From: Candidatus Saccharimonadota bacterium
GTDB taxonomy: Bacteria > Patescibacteriota > Microgenomatia > UBA1406 > GWC2-37-13
Direction of reading: 5' to 3'
DNA length: 32,000 bases
Assembly: GCA_016700135.1 (NCBI GenBank)
Contig: CP065004.1
Location: forward strand, 240,001 to 272,000
Positions 14,811 through 25,181 of this stretch are shown one piece after another (within the stretch, counting starts at the first letter, position 1; each line of letters opens with the position of its first letter). The position numbers were made by a program, and so were the translations under genes. The notes beneath the pieces were generated by a model, which saw only the letters and a list, made by a program, of their open reading frames with translations, was not told the DNA's origin and ran no database searches.

Positions 14811-16182
14811 TTGTCTCATCCCGACCGAGAAGTTCCATGGATTCATTTAAAGGAGGTGATACTTTTTTCCCTGACATGGCAACACGAAGCATCATAAAGA
14901 ATTTCCCGAACGGAATTTCTTCCTTTGTAGCCAAGTCCTGCATCTCCTGACCGATGACGTCTGCTTTCCAGTCAGAAATTGGCGACAATGTTTTAAGTAC
15001 TTTTGAAAGAATTTCTTTTTTATCCGTCAAATCGACCTCATACTCAGTCGGTTTCTCAAATAAAAATGCCGCCAGTGACCAGTAATCTTTGAGAGTTTTC
15101 ATACGTTCTTTCACAAGCGGAACGGACGCCGCAACAATTTCCTCAGGAAATTGTTTATCAGCATAAAACGACAGGATTTTTTCTTTTAGTTCATTGTCAC
15201 TGAGCTTCATAATATATTGACCGTTCATCCAGGTAAGTTTTTTGATATCAAAGACAGGCCCCACAGGCTGAACACGTTCAAGAGTAAACACCTTCATAAA
15301 TTCATCCGCTGAGAATATTTCTTTTTCTTCTGGATGCGACCAACCCATCAGTGAAAGATAATTAAGAACGGCCTCGGGCAAAAAACCTTCCGCCAGATAC
15401 CAAGAAGCCCAAACCGGATTCTTGCGTTTTGAAAGCTTTGATTTATCCGGATTTCTCAAAATCGGCAGATGAGCAAAAACAGGAAGTTCCCATCCGAACG
15501 ACTGATAAAGCAGTACATGTTTCGGAGTCGATGAAATCCATTCCTCCGCACGGATCACATGACTGATTTCCATGAGATGATCATCGATTACAACGGCCAT
15601 GTGATATGTCGGGAATCCGTCTGATTTCATCAGAACCTGATCATCAATATTGTTTGTATTGATCTTCACTTCACCCCGTATAGCATCCTGAAAGACGACT
15701 TCTGTATTCTCCGGCACATTTAACCGTACGACATAATCGCTGCCGCCTTCAATTTCTTTTTTGACTTCATCCTGTCTTGAGAGGCAATATTTATCATACT
15801 TGGGGATCTGTTTTTTCTCCTGCATGCCTTTTCTTACTTCTTCGAGACGTTCTTTTGAACAGGTGCAGTAATATGCTTTCTCTTTTGCAATGAGTTCTTC
15901 TGAATATTTTTTATATATCTCCAGACGTTCCGATTGACGATACGGACCGAAATCACCGCCCGCTTCAACTCCTTCATCATTCACGATTCCGAATGCTTTC
16001 AGGGAACTGTGAATTTTTTCTTCGGCTCCTTCCACATATCGAGTACGGTCCGTATCTTCGATTCGGACAATAAATTTACCGTTGTTTTGTTTGGCAAAGA
16101 TGTAGTTTATATATGCCGTGTAAAGATTTCCTATATGAATATCTTCTCCTGTTGGTGATGGTGCGATGCGGGTTCTTATCAT
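14785..16182 (-). CDS. gltX: Glutamyl-tRNA synthetase
   Basis: RIAPSPTGEDIHIGNL (HIGH motif) and KLSKRK (KMSKS motif). I chose ATG 16182 because TATAAT (16190-16195, minus strand) lies 7 nt upstream. Confidence 0.9.
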   Translation of the reverse strand: MIRTRIAPSPTGEDIHIGNLYTAYINYIFAKQNNGKFIVRIEDTDRTRYVEGAEEKIHSSLKAFGIVNDEGVEAGGDFGPYRQSERLEIYKKYSEELIAKEKAYYCTCSKERLEEVRKGMQEKKQIPKYDKYCLSRQDEVKKEIEGGSDYVVRLNVPENTEVVFQDAIRGEVKINTNNIDDQVLMKSDGFPTYHMAVVIDDHLMEISHVIRAEEWISSTPKHVLLYQSFGWELPVFAHLPILRNPDKSKLSKRKNPVWASWYLAEGFLPEAVLNYLSLMGWSHPEEKEIFSADEFMKVFTLERVQPVGPVFDIKKLTWMNGQYIMKLSDNELKEKILSFYADKQFPEEIVAASVPLVKERMKTLKDYWSLAAFLFEKPTEYEVDLTDKKEILSKVLKTLSPISDWKADVIGQEMQDLATKEEIPFGKFFMMLRVAMSGKKVSPPLNESMELLGRDETIRRITSLL

Positions 16183-16216
16183 TTGGTATATTATACAATG
16201 CTTTATAATACTTACT

Positions 16217-16726
16217 ATGATCAAAGAAACCGACTTTACCTACTGTCCGAAGTGTGCAACAAAGTTTAACCCCATCAAGGGAAATGCTTTGATTTGTCCC
16301 AACTGTGATCTCCATTATTACATCAATCCCAAACCGGCTAATGCACTCCTTCTTGAAAATGAGAAAGGGGAAATTCTTCTTGTAGTACGCGCCTATGATC
16401 CGAAAAAAGGAATGCTTGATGTCCCGGGCGGTTTTGTCGAAGTCGGAGAATCTCTTGAAGAATCCTTGACCCGTGAACTGCAAGAAGAGCTTGGTGTAGA
16501 ACTGCATGATTTTACGTATGTGGCTTCCTGCCCTGATGAATACGAACACGGGGGCGTAAGCAGCAGATCTCTCGGGATATTATTTAAAGCCACCATTCCC
16601 GAAGGCACTGAACTTCATCCTGCAGATGATGTCGAAAGCTACCAATGGTTCCGTACAGATTCGATACCGTATGAAAGTATTGCATTTGAAGGAATCAGGT
16701 CACTGCTGAAAAAGCTGTACTCTTAA
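16217..16726 (+). CDS. NUDIX hydrolase with N-terminal zinc ribbon
   Basis: CPKC...CPNC zinc ribbon. Nudix box GGFVEVGESLEESLTRELQEELG. TATAAT 16204-16209 lies 7 nt upstream of ATG 16217. Confidence 0.85.
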   Translation: MIKETDFTYCPKCATKFNPIKGNALICPNCDLHYYINPKPANALLLENEKGEILLVVRAYDPKKGMLDVPGGFVEVGESLEESLTRELQEELGVELHDFTYVASCPDEYEHGGVSSRSLGILFKATIPEGTELHPADDVESYQWFRTDSIPYESIAFEGIRSLLKKLYS

Positions 16727-18300
16727 GAAGTCTCCCTGCTCCGTTTGACCAGTCTGTAAAGTCCGTATCCTCCGAAAATTATTGGAAACAGAAGGATATT
16801 TGTATATTTATAAACTTCCTGCACGCTTTTTGGTAATACCGGCAGAGAATAAATGCTCAGTGACCGTCTGCTTATACCGCTCAATGCACCACCTGATGCA
16901 TAATCGGAAAGAATATTGAGTACGAATTCAAGATTTTGTGTTTCACGGGAAAGATACTGGTTGTAAATAAACCGGGAAGAACCGATCACCATCGTTTTTG
17001 CTTTACTCTCAGCTGTCGTCTCGGCGGCAAGTGTGAATGTTCCAAGTTCCTCCTCAGTCGGTTCAGGAATTTCCTGAGGATTCGTGGAAAAAGTGCCCTG
17101 CTGTATCCAGGATTGTGCTGATGTCTCAACAATCTTTCGTACGGAATATCCTTTTATATCAACAGTCTCAAGTGACGATACCCAGGGAAATGTGAGTCCG
17201 GCCACTCCGGAAAAATAACTGACATCAGTATTAAATGCATCAGTCTGGAGCCACATCGGATAAGGAATGAGAAGCGAATATCCTCCGCCTCCCAGGTTTA
17301 CCATCTCCGCACGCCCTGACAGGACAAGATTCTGTTGTACAGCTATTCCCTTCGCAGCAAGCAATGATTGTAGTTTCGCTTCTCCGGTCGCGACCTCCAA
17401 TGTGCTGTCATCAACAACGACTCCGTTGGTGAAAACGACGGTGTTCCCTTTTTTGGAATATTCATTTATCGCTGCCACTTCCTCGTCGGAAAATTCCCTA
17501 GCGGGTGAATCAAATACCATAAGAGTTTTTGTTGATGGGTCAACCTGAAGTGTGGCCGCTTCTTCTTCAGTTGCTTCTTCCGTCTCTTGCGGCGGTGCAA
17601 CAGGGAGGATTGAGAAGAATCGTCCGGCTATCTGCTTAAATACACCGAGCTCATCCTGCTGAGGAATCATGCTGTTGTCTGAACCGATCGTCGCGATCTG
17701 CGGCAGTTGTTCGTTGGTGAGGCGATATATTGCTGATGTGAGATTGTACTCGAGATTTTCAACATCCAGAGCCTGACTGACCACTTCCTGATTATCCTGG
17801 TATTTGACAATGATCCCGAAATAAATCTCGGTCACTGAGACTTCACTCTGCTGCTGTTCTCTGATCGGAATACCGGCAATACCTGACTGCTGTAGTGTCG
17901 TGACGGTATCCTGATCTTCAGCCGGATTGAACTCCGATATTTGCACAACGACATTTCCTGCCCGTTCATACTCGCGTAGTAAATCGATAACTTCACGCGT
18001 GAGAGGCTGAAGACGCGCCGGAATATTGTCCGAAGCATAGAGTGTCACCGTGACCTGATTATCAAGTTTTCTCACGATTTCACGGGTGGAATCGGAAAGA
18101 GTGTAGGCATTTCCTTTTGAGAAATCCGCTCTAAATGAGATATATGAAAACAGAAAGTTCAGAATGAGGAAAACGAGTATGGAAGCTGCAACCACAAAAC
18201 TTTTTTTGAACCGATACAACCCGAATCGCTGAACGAAGTTCAGCTGTTTCATCGGAATGCGAAAAGGCAGCTTTTTGAATGGTGATGCAAATTTTTTCAT
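16723..18300 (-). CDS. GldG-like ABC-transporter auxiliary protein
   Basis: N- and C-terminal TM anchors flank a large extracytoplasmic domain. RADFSKGNAYTLSDSTREIV...VTVTLYAS is typical of GldG. The start overlaps the stop of the upstream permease gene (18297-19013) by 4 nt. Confidence 0.7.
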   Translation of the reverse strand: MKKFASPFKKLPFRIPMKQLNFVQRFGLYRFKKSFVVAASILVFLILNFLFSYISFRADFSKGNAYTLSDSTREIVRKLDNQVTVTLYASDNIPARLQPLTREVIDLLREYERAGNVVVQISEFNPAEDQDTVTTLQQSGIAGIPIREQQQSEVSVTEIYFGIIVKYQDNQEVVSQALDVENLEYNLTSAIYRLTNEQLPQIATIGSDNSMIPQQDELGVFKQIAGRFFSILPVAPPQETEEATEEEAATLQVDPSTKTLMVFDSPAREFSDEEVAAINEYSKKGNTVVFTNGVVVDDSTLEVATGEAKLQSLLAAKGIAVQQNLVLSGRAEMVNLGGGGYSLLIPYPMWLQTDAFNTDVSYFSGVAGLTFPWVSSLETVDIKGYSVRKIVETSAQSWIQQGTFSTNPQEIPEPTEEELGTFTLAAETTAESKAKTMVIGSSRFIYNQYLSRETQNLEFVLNILSDYASGGALSGISRRSLSIYSLPVLPKSVQEVYKYTNILLFPIIFGGYGLYRLVKRSRETS

Positions 18301-19013
18301 GGTCTTCGTTCAAGATCGACAACTGTCAAAAATAAAAAGAGTGATGTAAAGCTGATAAAGTAAAACAACGCTCTGATATCGATAACTCCTTTGGAAAAAC
18401 CGGAAAGCTGAACCACCGGACTGAGATAATTCAATCCCGATTCAAGTACAGGAGGAATAATACTGGTTGCAAAATCAGTTGAAAAAATGATCAGGAAAAA
18501 GATAGTCACAATTGAAGCCAAAAATGCAACAATCTGATTTTTAGTGAAAGCGGAGAAAAAGAGGGAGATAGCAATAAATGCCGCTGCCACAAACAGTTCT
18601 CCGATATATCCCACAAAAACCTCAGGAAGATGTATCCTCCCTCCTACCTGACCTGTCAACACATACATTGATATCGGAAGAGCCAATGTAAGCAACAGAC
18701 CAATTGCTGTCAGCATCCATGCTGCAAAAAATTTTGAAAGAACAATCTGCGTTTCTGACACGGGTAGACTCATAAGCACTTCCATCGTGCTTGTCCGCTT
18801 CTCTTCTGCAATCATTCTCATGACCAGTGCGGGAACAAATACCATCAGAAGCCACGGCAAAACATCAAAAAAGGGTCTCATTGATGCAGATCCCGTTACA
18901 AAAATGTCTTTGACAAACATGAAGTTGGCAAACACTGCAAACAGGATTATCACGATATATCCCAACGGATTATTCAGATAAAATGCCAGTTCTTTTTTTA
19001 GTAATGCTTTCAT
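18297..19013 (-). CDS. ABC-2 type permease (GldF-like)
   Basis: 238 aa with about 6 hydrophobic spans. There are 4-nt overlaps with both neighbouring genes. Confidence 0.75.
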   Translation of the reverse strand: MKALLKKELAFYLNNPLGYIVIILFAVFANFMFVKDIFVTGSASMRPFFDVLPWLLMVFVPALVMRMIAEEKRTSTMEVLMSLPVSETQIVLSKFFAAWMLTAIGLLLTLALPISMYVLTGQVGGRIHLPEVFVGYIGELFVAAAFIAISLFFSAFTKNQIVAFLASIVTIFFLIIFSTDFATSIIPPVLESGLNYLSPVVQLSGFSKGVIDIRALFYFISFTSLFLFLTVVDLERRP

Positions 19014-19702
19014 TCTTTTGAAACCAACTTTTTAAATAATTTTTCTACTCCGCCTGCACGTTTCGGTTTATCACCGTCATACACAACTTCTCCTTTCGAA
19101 ATAATGACAAGCCTTGTGGCAATATCCTCAACTTCCGAAAGAATATGTGTCGAGAATATGATGATTTTATTTTTTGCTGTCTTTTTGATCAGGTTTTTAA
19201 TTTTTTCCTGCTCGATCGGATCAAGGCCAGAGGTCGGTTCGTCAAGAATGAGAATATGAGGGTCGCCAATCAAAGCTGCTGCCAGCCCGACACGCTGCCT
19301 GTATCCTCTTGACAGCTCATCAATTTTCGCCATTGCTTTCTCCGTAATAGCAACATTCGTGATGACTTCTTCAACTTTTTTTGGATCAATTATCCCTTTC
19401 ACTTCAGCAACAAAGGTAAGGTATTCTCTCACTTTCATATCACCGTACAAAGGATTATTTTCGGGGAGATATCCGATATCCGGCAAAATATCCATGCGGT
19501 TAGTGAGAGGATCAAGCTTATTCACTCTGACTGTTCCCGTATTCGGACGGATGAGACCGAGAATCAGTTTCATCGTTGTAGTTTTTCCGGCACCGTTTGG
19601 GCCTAAAAATCCGATAATTTCACCTTTCTGTGCGGTGAACGTCACATCTTCAACTGCCTGGGTGTGTCCGTATTTTTTTGAAACTTCAGTAAGTGTAATC
19701 AT
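19010..19702 (-). CDS. ABC transporter ATP-binding protein (GldA-like)
   Basis: Walker A GPNGAGKTT, signature LSRGYRQR, Walker B ILILDEPTSGLD. Confidence 0.9.
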   Translation of the reverse strand: MITLTEVSKKYGHTQAVEDVTFTAQKGEIIGFLGPNGAGKTTTMKLILGLIRPNTGTVRVNKLDPLTNRMDILPDIGYLPENNPLYGDMKVREYLTFVAEVKGIIDPKKVEEVITNVAITEKAMAKIDELSRGYRQRVGLAAALIGDPHILILDEPTSGLDPIEQEKIKNLIKKTAKNKIIIFSTHILSEVEDIATRLVIISKGEVVYDGDKPKRAGGVEKLFKKLVSKE

Positions 19703-19738
19703 CGTTTTTTTGAACTTGTGCGCTTAACAATTTAACTC

Positions 19739-20503
19739 TTATATCCGCTTGATGTCAAGTAAATCCGGTCTTTTTTCTTTAGTTTGCTGATATGCCTGAC
19801 GAATCCGCCATTTCCTGACCTCCTGATGGTTGCCGCTTGTGAGCACTTCCGGCACGCCTTCACCTTCAAACATCTCCGGTCTGGTGTAGTGCGGATACTC
19901 CACAAGCTGCACTTTGTGAATATTATTTTTTTTCAAAAGCCCAAGCACTTCATCTTCTCCGCATACTTCAATAAGGTCATCGACCGGCATCTGGAAAAAA
20001 CTTTCTTCTTTGGTAGCATCGGATTTTTTCAGTACACCGGGAAGGAGCCGGACAACGGCATCGACGATAGCAGCGGCCGGAATTTCACCCCCGGTCAGGA
20101 CGAAATCGCCGAGTGACACTTCCTCATCAATATGTTTCATCACACGTTCATCGAATCCTTCATAATGACCAGCGATAATAACTATGTGTTTTTCTTTTGT
20201 CAGCTCTTCCGCTTTTCTCTCCGTAAACGGTTTTCCTTTCGCGGAAGTCAAAAATACTTTCTTTTTAGTTTTCCCTTTTGTCACTTTTTTCAAGGCCTCT
20301 ACGAGTACATCAGGACGAATGACCATCCCGGCACCTCCTCCATACGGTCGGTCATCAACCGTCCCGTATGAATCAATTGCGAATGTCCGCAAATCAACTA
20401 TTTCAATTTCGACGATCCCTTTATCCTGTGCTTTTTTTATAATACTTTCATTGAAGAAGCCCTGAATCATATTGGGAAATAATGTGATGATGGAGATTTT
20501 CAT
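19739..20503 (-). CDS. trmD: tRNA (guanine37-N1)-methyltransferase
   Basis: [12 protein letters not shown]..., [12 protein letters not shown] and [18 protein letters not shown] (20510-20515, minus strand) lies 6 nt upstream of ATG 20503. Confidence 0.9.
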   Translation of the reverse strand: MKISIITLFPNMIQGFFNESIIKKAQDKGIVEIEIVDLRTFAIDSYGTVDDRPYGGGAGMVIRPDVLVEALKKVTKGKTKKKVFLTSAKGKPFTERKAEELTKEKHIVIIAGHYEGFDERVMKHIDEEVSLGDFVLTGGEIPAAAIVDAVVRLLPGVLKKSDATKEESFFQMPVDDLIEVCGEDEVLGLLKKNNIHKVQLVEYPHYTRPEMFEGEGVPEVLTSGNHQEVRKWRIRQAYQQTKEKRPDLLDIKRI

Positions 20504-20544
20504 ACAGCTATTATAGTACAATAGGACAGTTTAACAACCTAAAA

Positions 20545-20781
20545 ATGAAACAACTCCTTTTATTTATTCTGAGGCTCTACAAGAAAACCTCCTTCGTACA
20601 TAATCATATCTTTCAGACACTCACTATGAGCAAAAACGTCTGCCGGTATACCCCTACCTGCTCGGTATATTCCTATCATGCAATTGATAAATACGGTGCG
20701 TTAAAAGGATCATGGCTTGCTATCAAAAGAATTATCCGCTGTAATCCCTGGTCAAAAGGTGGCTATGACCCGGTACCGTAA
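20545..20781 (+). CDS. yidD: Membrane protein insertion efficiency factor YidD
   Basis: [19 protein letters not shown]...RCNPW is the signature of the family. Confidence 0.85.
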   Translation: MKQLLLFILRLYKKTSFVHNHIFQTLTMSKNVCRYTPTCSVYSYHAIDKYGALKGSWLAIKRIIRCNPWSKGGYDPVP

Positions 20782-20820
20782 GCTTACGCAGCTTTCATAT
20801 ATCTCCAATATAGTAACAGT

Positions 20821-21228
20821 ATGAGAACGTTCAACAAATCAAAAGAAGAACTCAAGAAGGAGCTTGACCCTGACGTCTATCATATCACACAGGAAAAAGG
20901 AACCGAACCGCCTTTCACAGGGAAATATGATCACCACTTTGAGAAAGGGACTTATTATTGTACAGTTTGCGGTACGGATCTTTTTACCTCAGACACCAAA
21001 TATGACTCAGGATGCGGATGGCCGGCATTCTATGAACCGGTCTCAACGGATTCACTTGAATATCATGAAGATACCAGTTTCGGCATGAAACGGACGGAAG
21101 TCACCTGCGGCAACTGTGGCGCACATCTTGGGCATGTATTCCCGGACGGCCCCAAGGACAAGACGGGAGAGAGATACTGTATCAACTCAGCCTCGCTGAA
21201 TTTCAAACGTAGAAATGACGAAAAATAA
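20821..21228 (+). CDS. msrB: Peptide-methionine (R)-S-oxide reductase
   Basis: Two CxxC zinc motifs (CTVCG, CGNCG), GHVF, and the catalytic RYCINS. TATAGT 20809-20814 lies 6 nt upstream of the ATG. Confidence 0.9.
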   Translation: MRTFNKSKEELKKELDPDVYHITQEKGTEPPFTGKYDHHFEKGTYYCTVCGTDLFTSDTKYDSGCGWPAFYEPVSTDSLEYHEDTSFGMKRTEVTCGNCGAHLGHVFPDGPKDKTGERYCINSASLNFKRRNDEK

Positions 21229-22390
21229 GAGATATCATACAATTATGAAATACAGTTTATTTATACTAGTACTTCTTTTAATTTTTGTTCTTCTATCGAC
21301 AATCTACAATCATCGGCGTACAAGGACAGATACTCAGGCAGAATCCAATGTCACAACTATTCAAACCGATAAAGCAACAATACTTAAGCTCAAAGATAAC
21401 GGCGGCCGCGTATCATGGTACAAAGGCGACAGTCACAACCTTATTGCCTATGATGCAATCGTAAGTAAACTCAACAGGAATACGGAGGTGTACACTTTTG
21501 ATCCTGCCGCTCAAAAAACACTGTGTGTTACGTGCACGAGTGATATCCCTAAAGGTTTTACGGGACAGGCTGAATGGCACCCTGACGGAGAATATATTAT
21601 CCTTCAGGCAGAGAATGAGAATTCCGATCATGGTGTATTTAATCATTCCGCTTGGGGAGTGAATAATGATCTCTGGATCATAAAGAAAGACGGAACCGAG
21701 GCCAAAAAAATCTATGATACTCCCCCCGGAAATGCAGTCCTCCATCCTCATTTCAACGATACGGGAACCAAACTTATTTTTGCCGAACGTGTTCCGACAG
21801 GAAAGCAAATTACGGGAGGAAAACTTGCCGGTACGCCTGGAGGTGAAAATCAATGGGACGGTTGGCAAATCCATATTGCAGATGTAGATCTTAATTCTTC
21901 AGAGACTCTGTCACAGCATACCAGTTTATTCCAAAATTCAACAGGTGTATATGAAACCCACGGATTTCACAATGATCAGATTATTTTTACTCATACACCG
22001 CTCGGACGCGCATATATGGATGATATCTATATGTCCGATATAAACGGAAAAAATATAATAAAGCTCACCGACAATCCTGACACCTGGGATGAGCACGGAC
22101 ATTTTTCACCTGCTGATGAAACGCTTATGGCATACATGTCCAGTGCGCCTTTTGAAAATTGGAACGGGAGAAAGGGTGATAAAGCCCAAACACTACGGAC
22201 TGAACTGTTTATCAAAAACGTCATTACAAACAAAGCAGAACAAATCACGAATCTCAATGAAAAACTCGATAAAGAAGTCGTCATTTCTGATTTTGACTGG
22301 AATAAAGACGGGACGCAAATAGTGTTGCAGGTGGCAGAAATAAAGGGCGGCGCAGTGCCTGAATTGTGGTTACTGACTTTTGACGAATAA
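21215..22390 (+). CDS. Membrane-anchored TolB-like (PD40) beta-propeller protein with a CxxC motif
   Basis: N-terminal TM span [20 protein letters not shown]40-like repeats ([41 protein letters not shown]). CVTC at codons 104-107. The start could instead be 21245. Confidence 0.65.
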   Translation: MTKNKRYHTIMKYSLFILVLLLIFVLLSTIYNHRRTRTDTQAESNVTTIQTDKATILKLKDNGGRVSWYKGDSHNLIAYDAIVSKLNRNTEVYTFDPAAQKTLCVTCTSDIPKGFTGQAEWHPDGEYIILQAENENSDHGVFNHSAWGVNNDLWIIKKDGTEAKKIYDTPPGNAVLHPHFNDTGTKLIFAERVPTGKQITGGKLAGTPGGENQWDGWQIHIADVDLNSSETLSQHTSLFQNSTGVYETHGFHNDQIIFTHTPLGRAYMDDIYMSDINGKNIIKLTDNPDTWDEHGHFSPADETLMAYMSSAPFENWNGRKGDKAQTLRTELFIKNVITNKAEQITNLNEKLDKEVVISDFDWNKDGTQIVLQVAEIKGGAVPELWLLTFDE

Positions 22391-22392
22391 CT

Positions 22393-22911
22393 ATGACCCC
22401 AAAAATCATACTCGGAATGGGATGCTTCTGGTGCACCGAAGCAATCTATCAACAGCTCAAAGGTATAACAAAAGTCACTTCTGGCTACGCCGGCGGCCAA
22501 AAAGTAAACCCAACCTATGAGCAGGTCTGCACCGGAGAGACGGGACATGCCGAAGTCAGTCAGATCGAATTTAATCCCGAAGAAATTTCTCTTGAAAACA
22601 TACTGTATGTATTTTGGAGAATGCACGATCCGACAACGAGAAACCGTCAGGGAGCTGATGTCGGCAGTCAATACCGATCAATTATCCTCTACTCATCTGA
22701 TGAACAAAAACAGATTGCGGAAAAGTCAATGAAAGAAGCCCAATCTCTCTATCCTGATCAAATTGTTACGGAAATCAAACCCCTTGAAACATTTTATCCC
22801 GCAGAACAATATCACCAAAATTACTACAAAGACAATCGTGAGTATCCGTATTGCAGATACGTCATTGATCCGAAGATAGAAAAGCTGAAGAAGATACAAT
22901 CAACTAGATAA
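22393..22911 (+). CDS. msrA: Peptide-methionine (S)-S-oxide reductase
   Basis: [10 protein letters not shown] active-site motif. The ORF starts 2 nt after the preceding stop. Confidence 0.9.
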   Translation: MTPKIILGMGCFWCTEAIYQQLKGITKVTSGYAGGQKVNPTYEQVCTGETGHAEVSQIEFNPEEISLENILYVFWRMHDPTTRNRQGADVGSQYRSIILYSSDEQKQIAEKSMKEAQSLYPDQIVTEIKPLETFYPAEQYHQNYYKDNREYPYCRYVIDPKIEKLKKIQSTR

Positions 22912-22972
22912 AAAAAGCCGAATAGGTGGCTTAGCGAAGACGGAATCTGGGAGGCATCATTTACCCAGGTAC

Positions 22973-23001
22973 TTGCAATTTTAGAACTCTCTTTTTATAA
23001 T
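22973..23001 (+). promoter_or_regulatory. clpB promoter
   Basis: TTGCAA 22973-22978, 17-nt spacer, TATAAT 22996-23001. Confidence 0.65.
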
Positions 23002-23004
23002 AAA

Positions 23005-23031
23005 TTAGCAGACAACGATATTAATTGCTAA
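23005..23031. promoter_or_regulatory. CIRCE-like inverted repeat (TTAGCA-N15-TGCTAA)
   Basis: TTAGCAgac-aacgatatt-aatTGCTAA compared with the CIRCE consensus TTAGCACTC-N9-GAGTGCTAA. The outer hexamers are perfect and the inner triplets are not complementary. It starts 4 nt after the -10 box. Confidence 0.5.
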
Positions 23032-23039
23032 TTATCAGT

Positions 23040-25181
23040 ATGCAAATGAACTATCAGCCTCCTCAGGAGGAAAAGGACCCGTTGAAAACATATACCATAA
23101 ACTTTACCGACCGCGCCAAACAGGGAAAACTTGATCCCGTCATCGGACGTGATACAGAAATCAGACGGGTCATCCAAATACTGTCACGAAGAACTAAAAA
23201 TAATCCCGTGCTTTTGGGAGATCCCGGTGTGGGAAAAACGGCGATTATTGAAGGTCTTGCTCAACGGATCGTTGACGGCGACGTTCCCGATACTCTTAAG
23301 AATAAAGAAGTTCTTTCCCTTGATCTTGCCGGACTTTTGGCAGGAGCTGCGTATCGCGGTGAATTTGAACAACGCCTCAAAGATCTGATAAAAAAAATAA
23401 CAGAATCGGAGGGAAAATATATTTTATTTATCGACGAACTGCATACCTTAGTCGGAGCAGGAGGCGCTCAAGGCGCTGTCGATGCTTCAAATATGCTAAA
23501 GCCTGCACTTGCACGCGGAGAGCTCCGGGCAATCGGTGCCACAACATTAAAAGAATACCGGCAGTATATTGAAAAAGATCAGGCTCTCGAAAGACGGTTT
23601 CAGCCTGTCTTTATCGAAGAGCCCACCAAAGAAGATTCACTGGCGATTCTTCGCGGTATTAAAGAAAAATATGAAGTGCATCACGGCATAAAAATCAGTG
23701 ATGATGCTCTGATTGCAGCCGTTGACCTCTCAACCCGATATATCTCTGATCGTTTTCTCCCTGATAAAGCAATCGATCTTATTGATGAAGCTTCAGCTGC
23801 CGCAAAAATTGAAGTTGAGTCAATGCCGACTGAGCTTGATGAAATCAGACGGCGTATCATGCAGCTTGATATAGAACTTGCCGCTCTGAAACGGGAAAAA
23901 GGGATTGAGACACGGAAGGAAAAACTGCAAAAAGAACGGGAAGAACTGCAGAAAAAATTTGAAGGTCTGAAGAGTAAATGGGAAAAACAGAAGGAGCTCA
24001 TCTCAAACCTTCAGAAAAGCCGGGTAGCTCTCGATCACGCCCGTGCCGAACTTGAACGGGCACAACGTGAAGTCAATCTGGAAAAAGCGGCAGAACTTCA
24101 ATACGGGAAAATTCCGGAAGCTGAAAAGAAAATCAAAGAACTGGAAGAGCAGTGGAAACAAATACCGGCTGAAGAAAGACTTTTGCAGGAACAGGTCACC
24201 GAAGAAGACATTGCTCAGATTGTTTCACGATGGACCAAGATCCCTGTCACCCGCCTTCTTGCCAGTGAGTCGCAAAAACTGGCACATCTGGAAGATGAAC
24301 TGAAAAAACAAGTTGTAGGACAGGATGAGGCACTGCACAAAGTTGCCAATGCCATCAGGCGTTCGAGAGCAGGACTAAAGGAAGAAAATAAACCGATCGG
24401 GTCGTTCTTATTCTTAGGACCCACCGGTGTCGGAAAGACTGAGACTGCACGAGCCATAGCGGAAGCCCTTTTTAATGATAAAAATGCCATGATCCGTATC
24501 GACATGAGTGAATATCAGGAAGCACACACGGTAGCAAGGCTCATCGGTGCCCCTCCCGGATATGTAGGATATGAAGAGGGCGGACAACTGACCGAGGCTA
24601 TCAGACGGAAGCCGTACTCTGTCGTCCTGTTTGACGAGGTGGAAAAAGCTCATCCGCAGATCTTCAATGCATTTCTGCAGATACTGGATGACGGGCGTCT
24701 CACTGACGGTAAGGGCCGTGTCGTCAGTTTTAAAAATACGATCATTATTCTGACATCAAATATCGGAAGTGACCTCTATACAGACGGTCAGAAAAAGGAA
24801 AAAAGAGATGCCCAGATCCTTGACCGGGTGAAAGCACATTTCAAACCGGAATTTATTAACCGTCTTGATTCCATCGTCATTTTCAACGCACTCGATGAAA
24901 AGATGATGGAAAAAATCGTAGACATCCAGTTCCGTGACGTTGAAAAACGGCTTGCCGACCAGAACCTCCAACTTGAAGTCACGGAGAAACTGAAAAACCA
25001 TTTGCAGATGATCGGTTTTGACCCGGTCTACGGTGCCCGTCCTCTGAAACGGGTTATCAACGAAGTTCTGGTTGATGAAATTGCTTTGCAGATTATAGAG
25101 GGAAAAATCAAACCGGGTGACAAAATTCTTGCAGACTATAAAGCAAACAAAGTAGACATTTCAGTCGCTAAACCGAACTGA
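23040..25181 (+). CDS. clpB: ClpB disaggregase lacking the N-terminal domain
   Basis: [20 protein letters not shown], two AAA+ modules (GDPGVGKT and GPTGVGKT), and a long coiled-coil M-domain. The ORF begins about 25 aa before the NBD1 linker. Start at ATG 23040 (or 23046). Confidence 0.9.
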   Translation: MQMNYQPPQEEKDPLKTYTINFTDRAKQGKLDPVIGRDTEIRRVIQILSRRTKNNPVLLGDPGVGKTAIIEGLAQRIVDGDVPDTLKNKEVLSLDLAGLLAGAAYRGEFEQRLKDLIKKITESEGKYILFIDELHTLVGAGGAQGAVDASNMLKPALARGELRAIGATTLKEYRQYIEKDQALERRFQPVFIEEPTKEDSLAILRGIKEKYEVHHGIKISDDALIAAVDLSTRYISDRFLPDKAIDLIDEASAAAKIEVESMPTELDEIRRRIMQLDIELAALKREKGIETRKEKLQKEREELQKKFEGLKSKWEKQKELISNLQKSRVALDHARAELERAQREVNLEKAAELQYGKIPEAEKKIKELEEQWKQIPAEERLLQEQVTEEDIAQIVSRWTKIPVTRLLASESQKLAHLEDELKKQVVGQDEALHKVANAIRRSRAGLKEENKPIGSFLFLGPTGVGKTETARAIAEALFNDKNAMIRIDMSEYQEAHTVARLIGAPPGYVGYEEGGQLTEAIRRKPYSVVLFDEVEKAHPQIFNAFLQILDDGRLTDGKGRVVSFKNTIIILTSNIGSDLYTDGQKKEKRDAQILDRVKAHFKPEFINRLDSIVIFNALDEKMMEKIVDIQFRDVEKRLADQNLQLEVTEKLKNHLQMIGFDPVYGARPLKRVINEVLVDEIALQIIEGKIKPGDKILADYKANKVDISVAKPN

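Noticed and set aside
22912-22972. Possible msrA terminator hairpins (AAGCC-N8-GGCTT and CTGGG-N12-CCCAG).
   Set aside because: The stems are only 5 bp, the loops are large and there is no U-tract. That is too weak to call.
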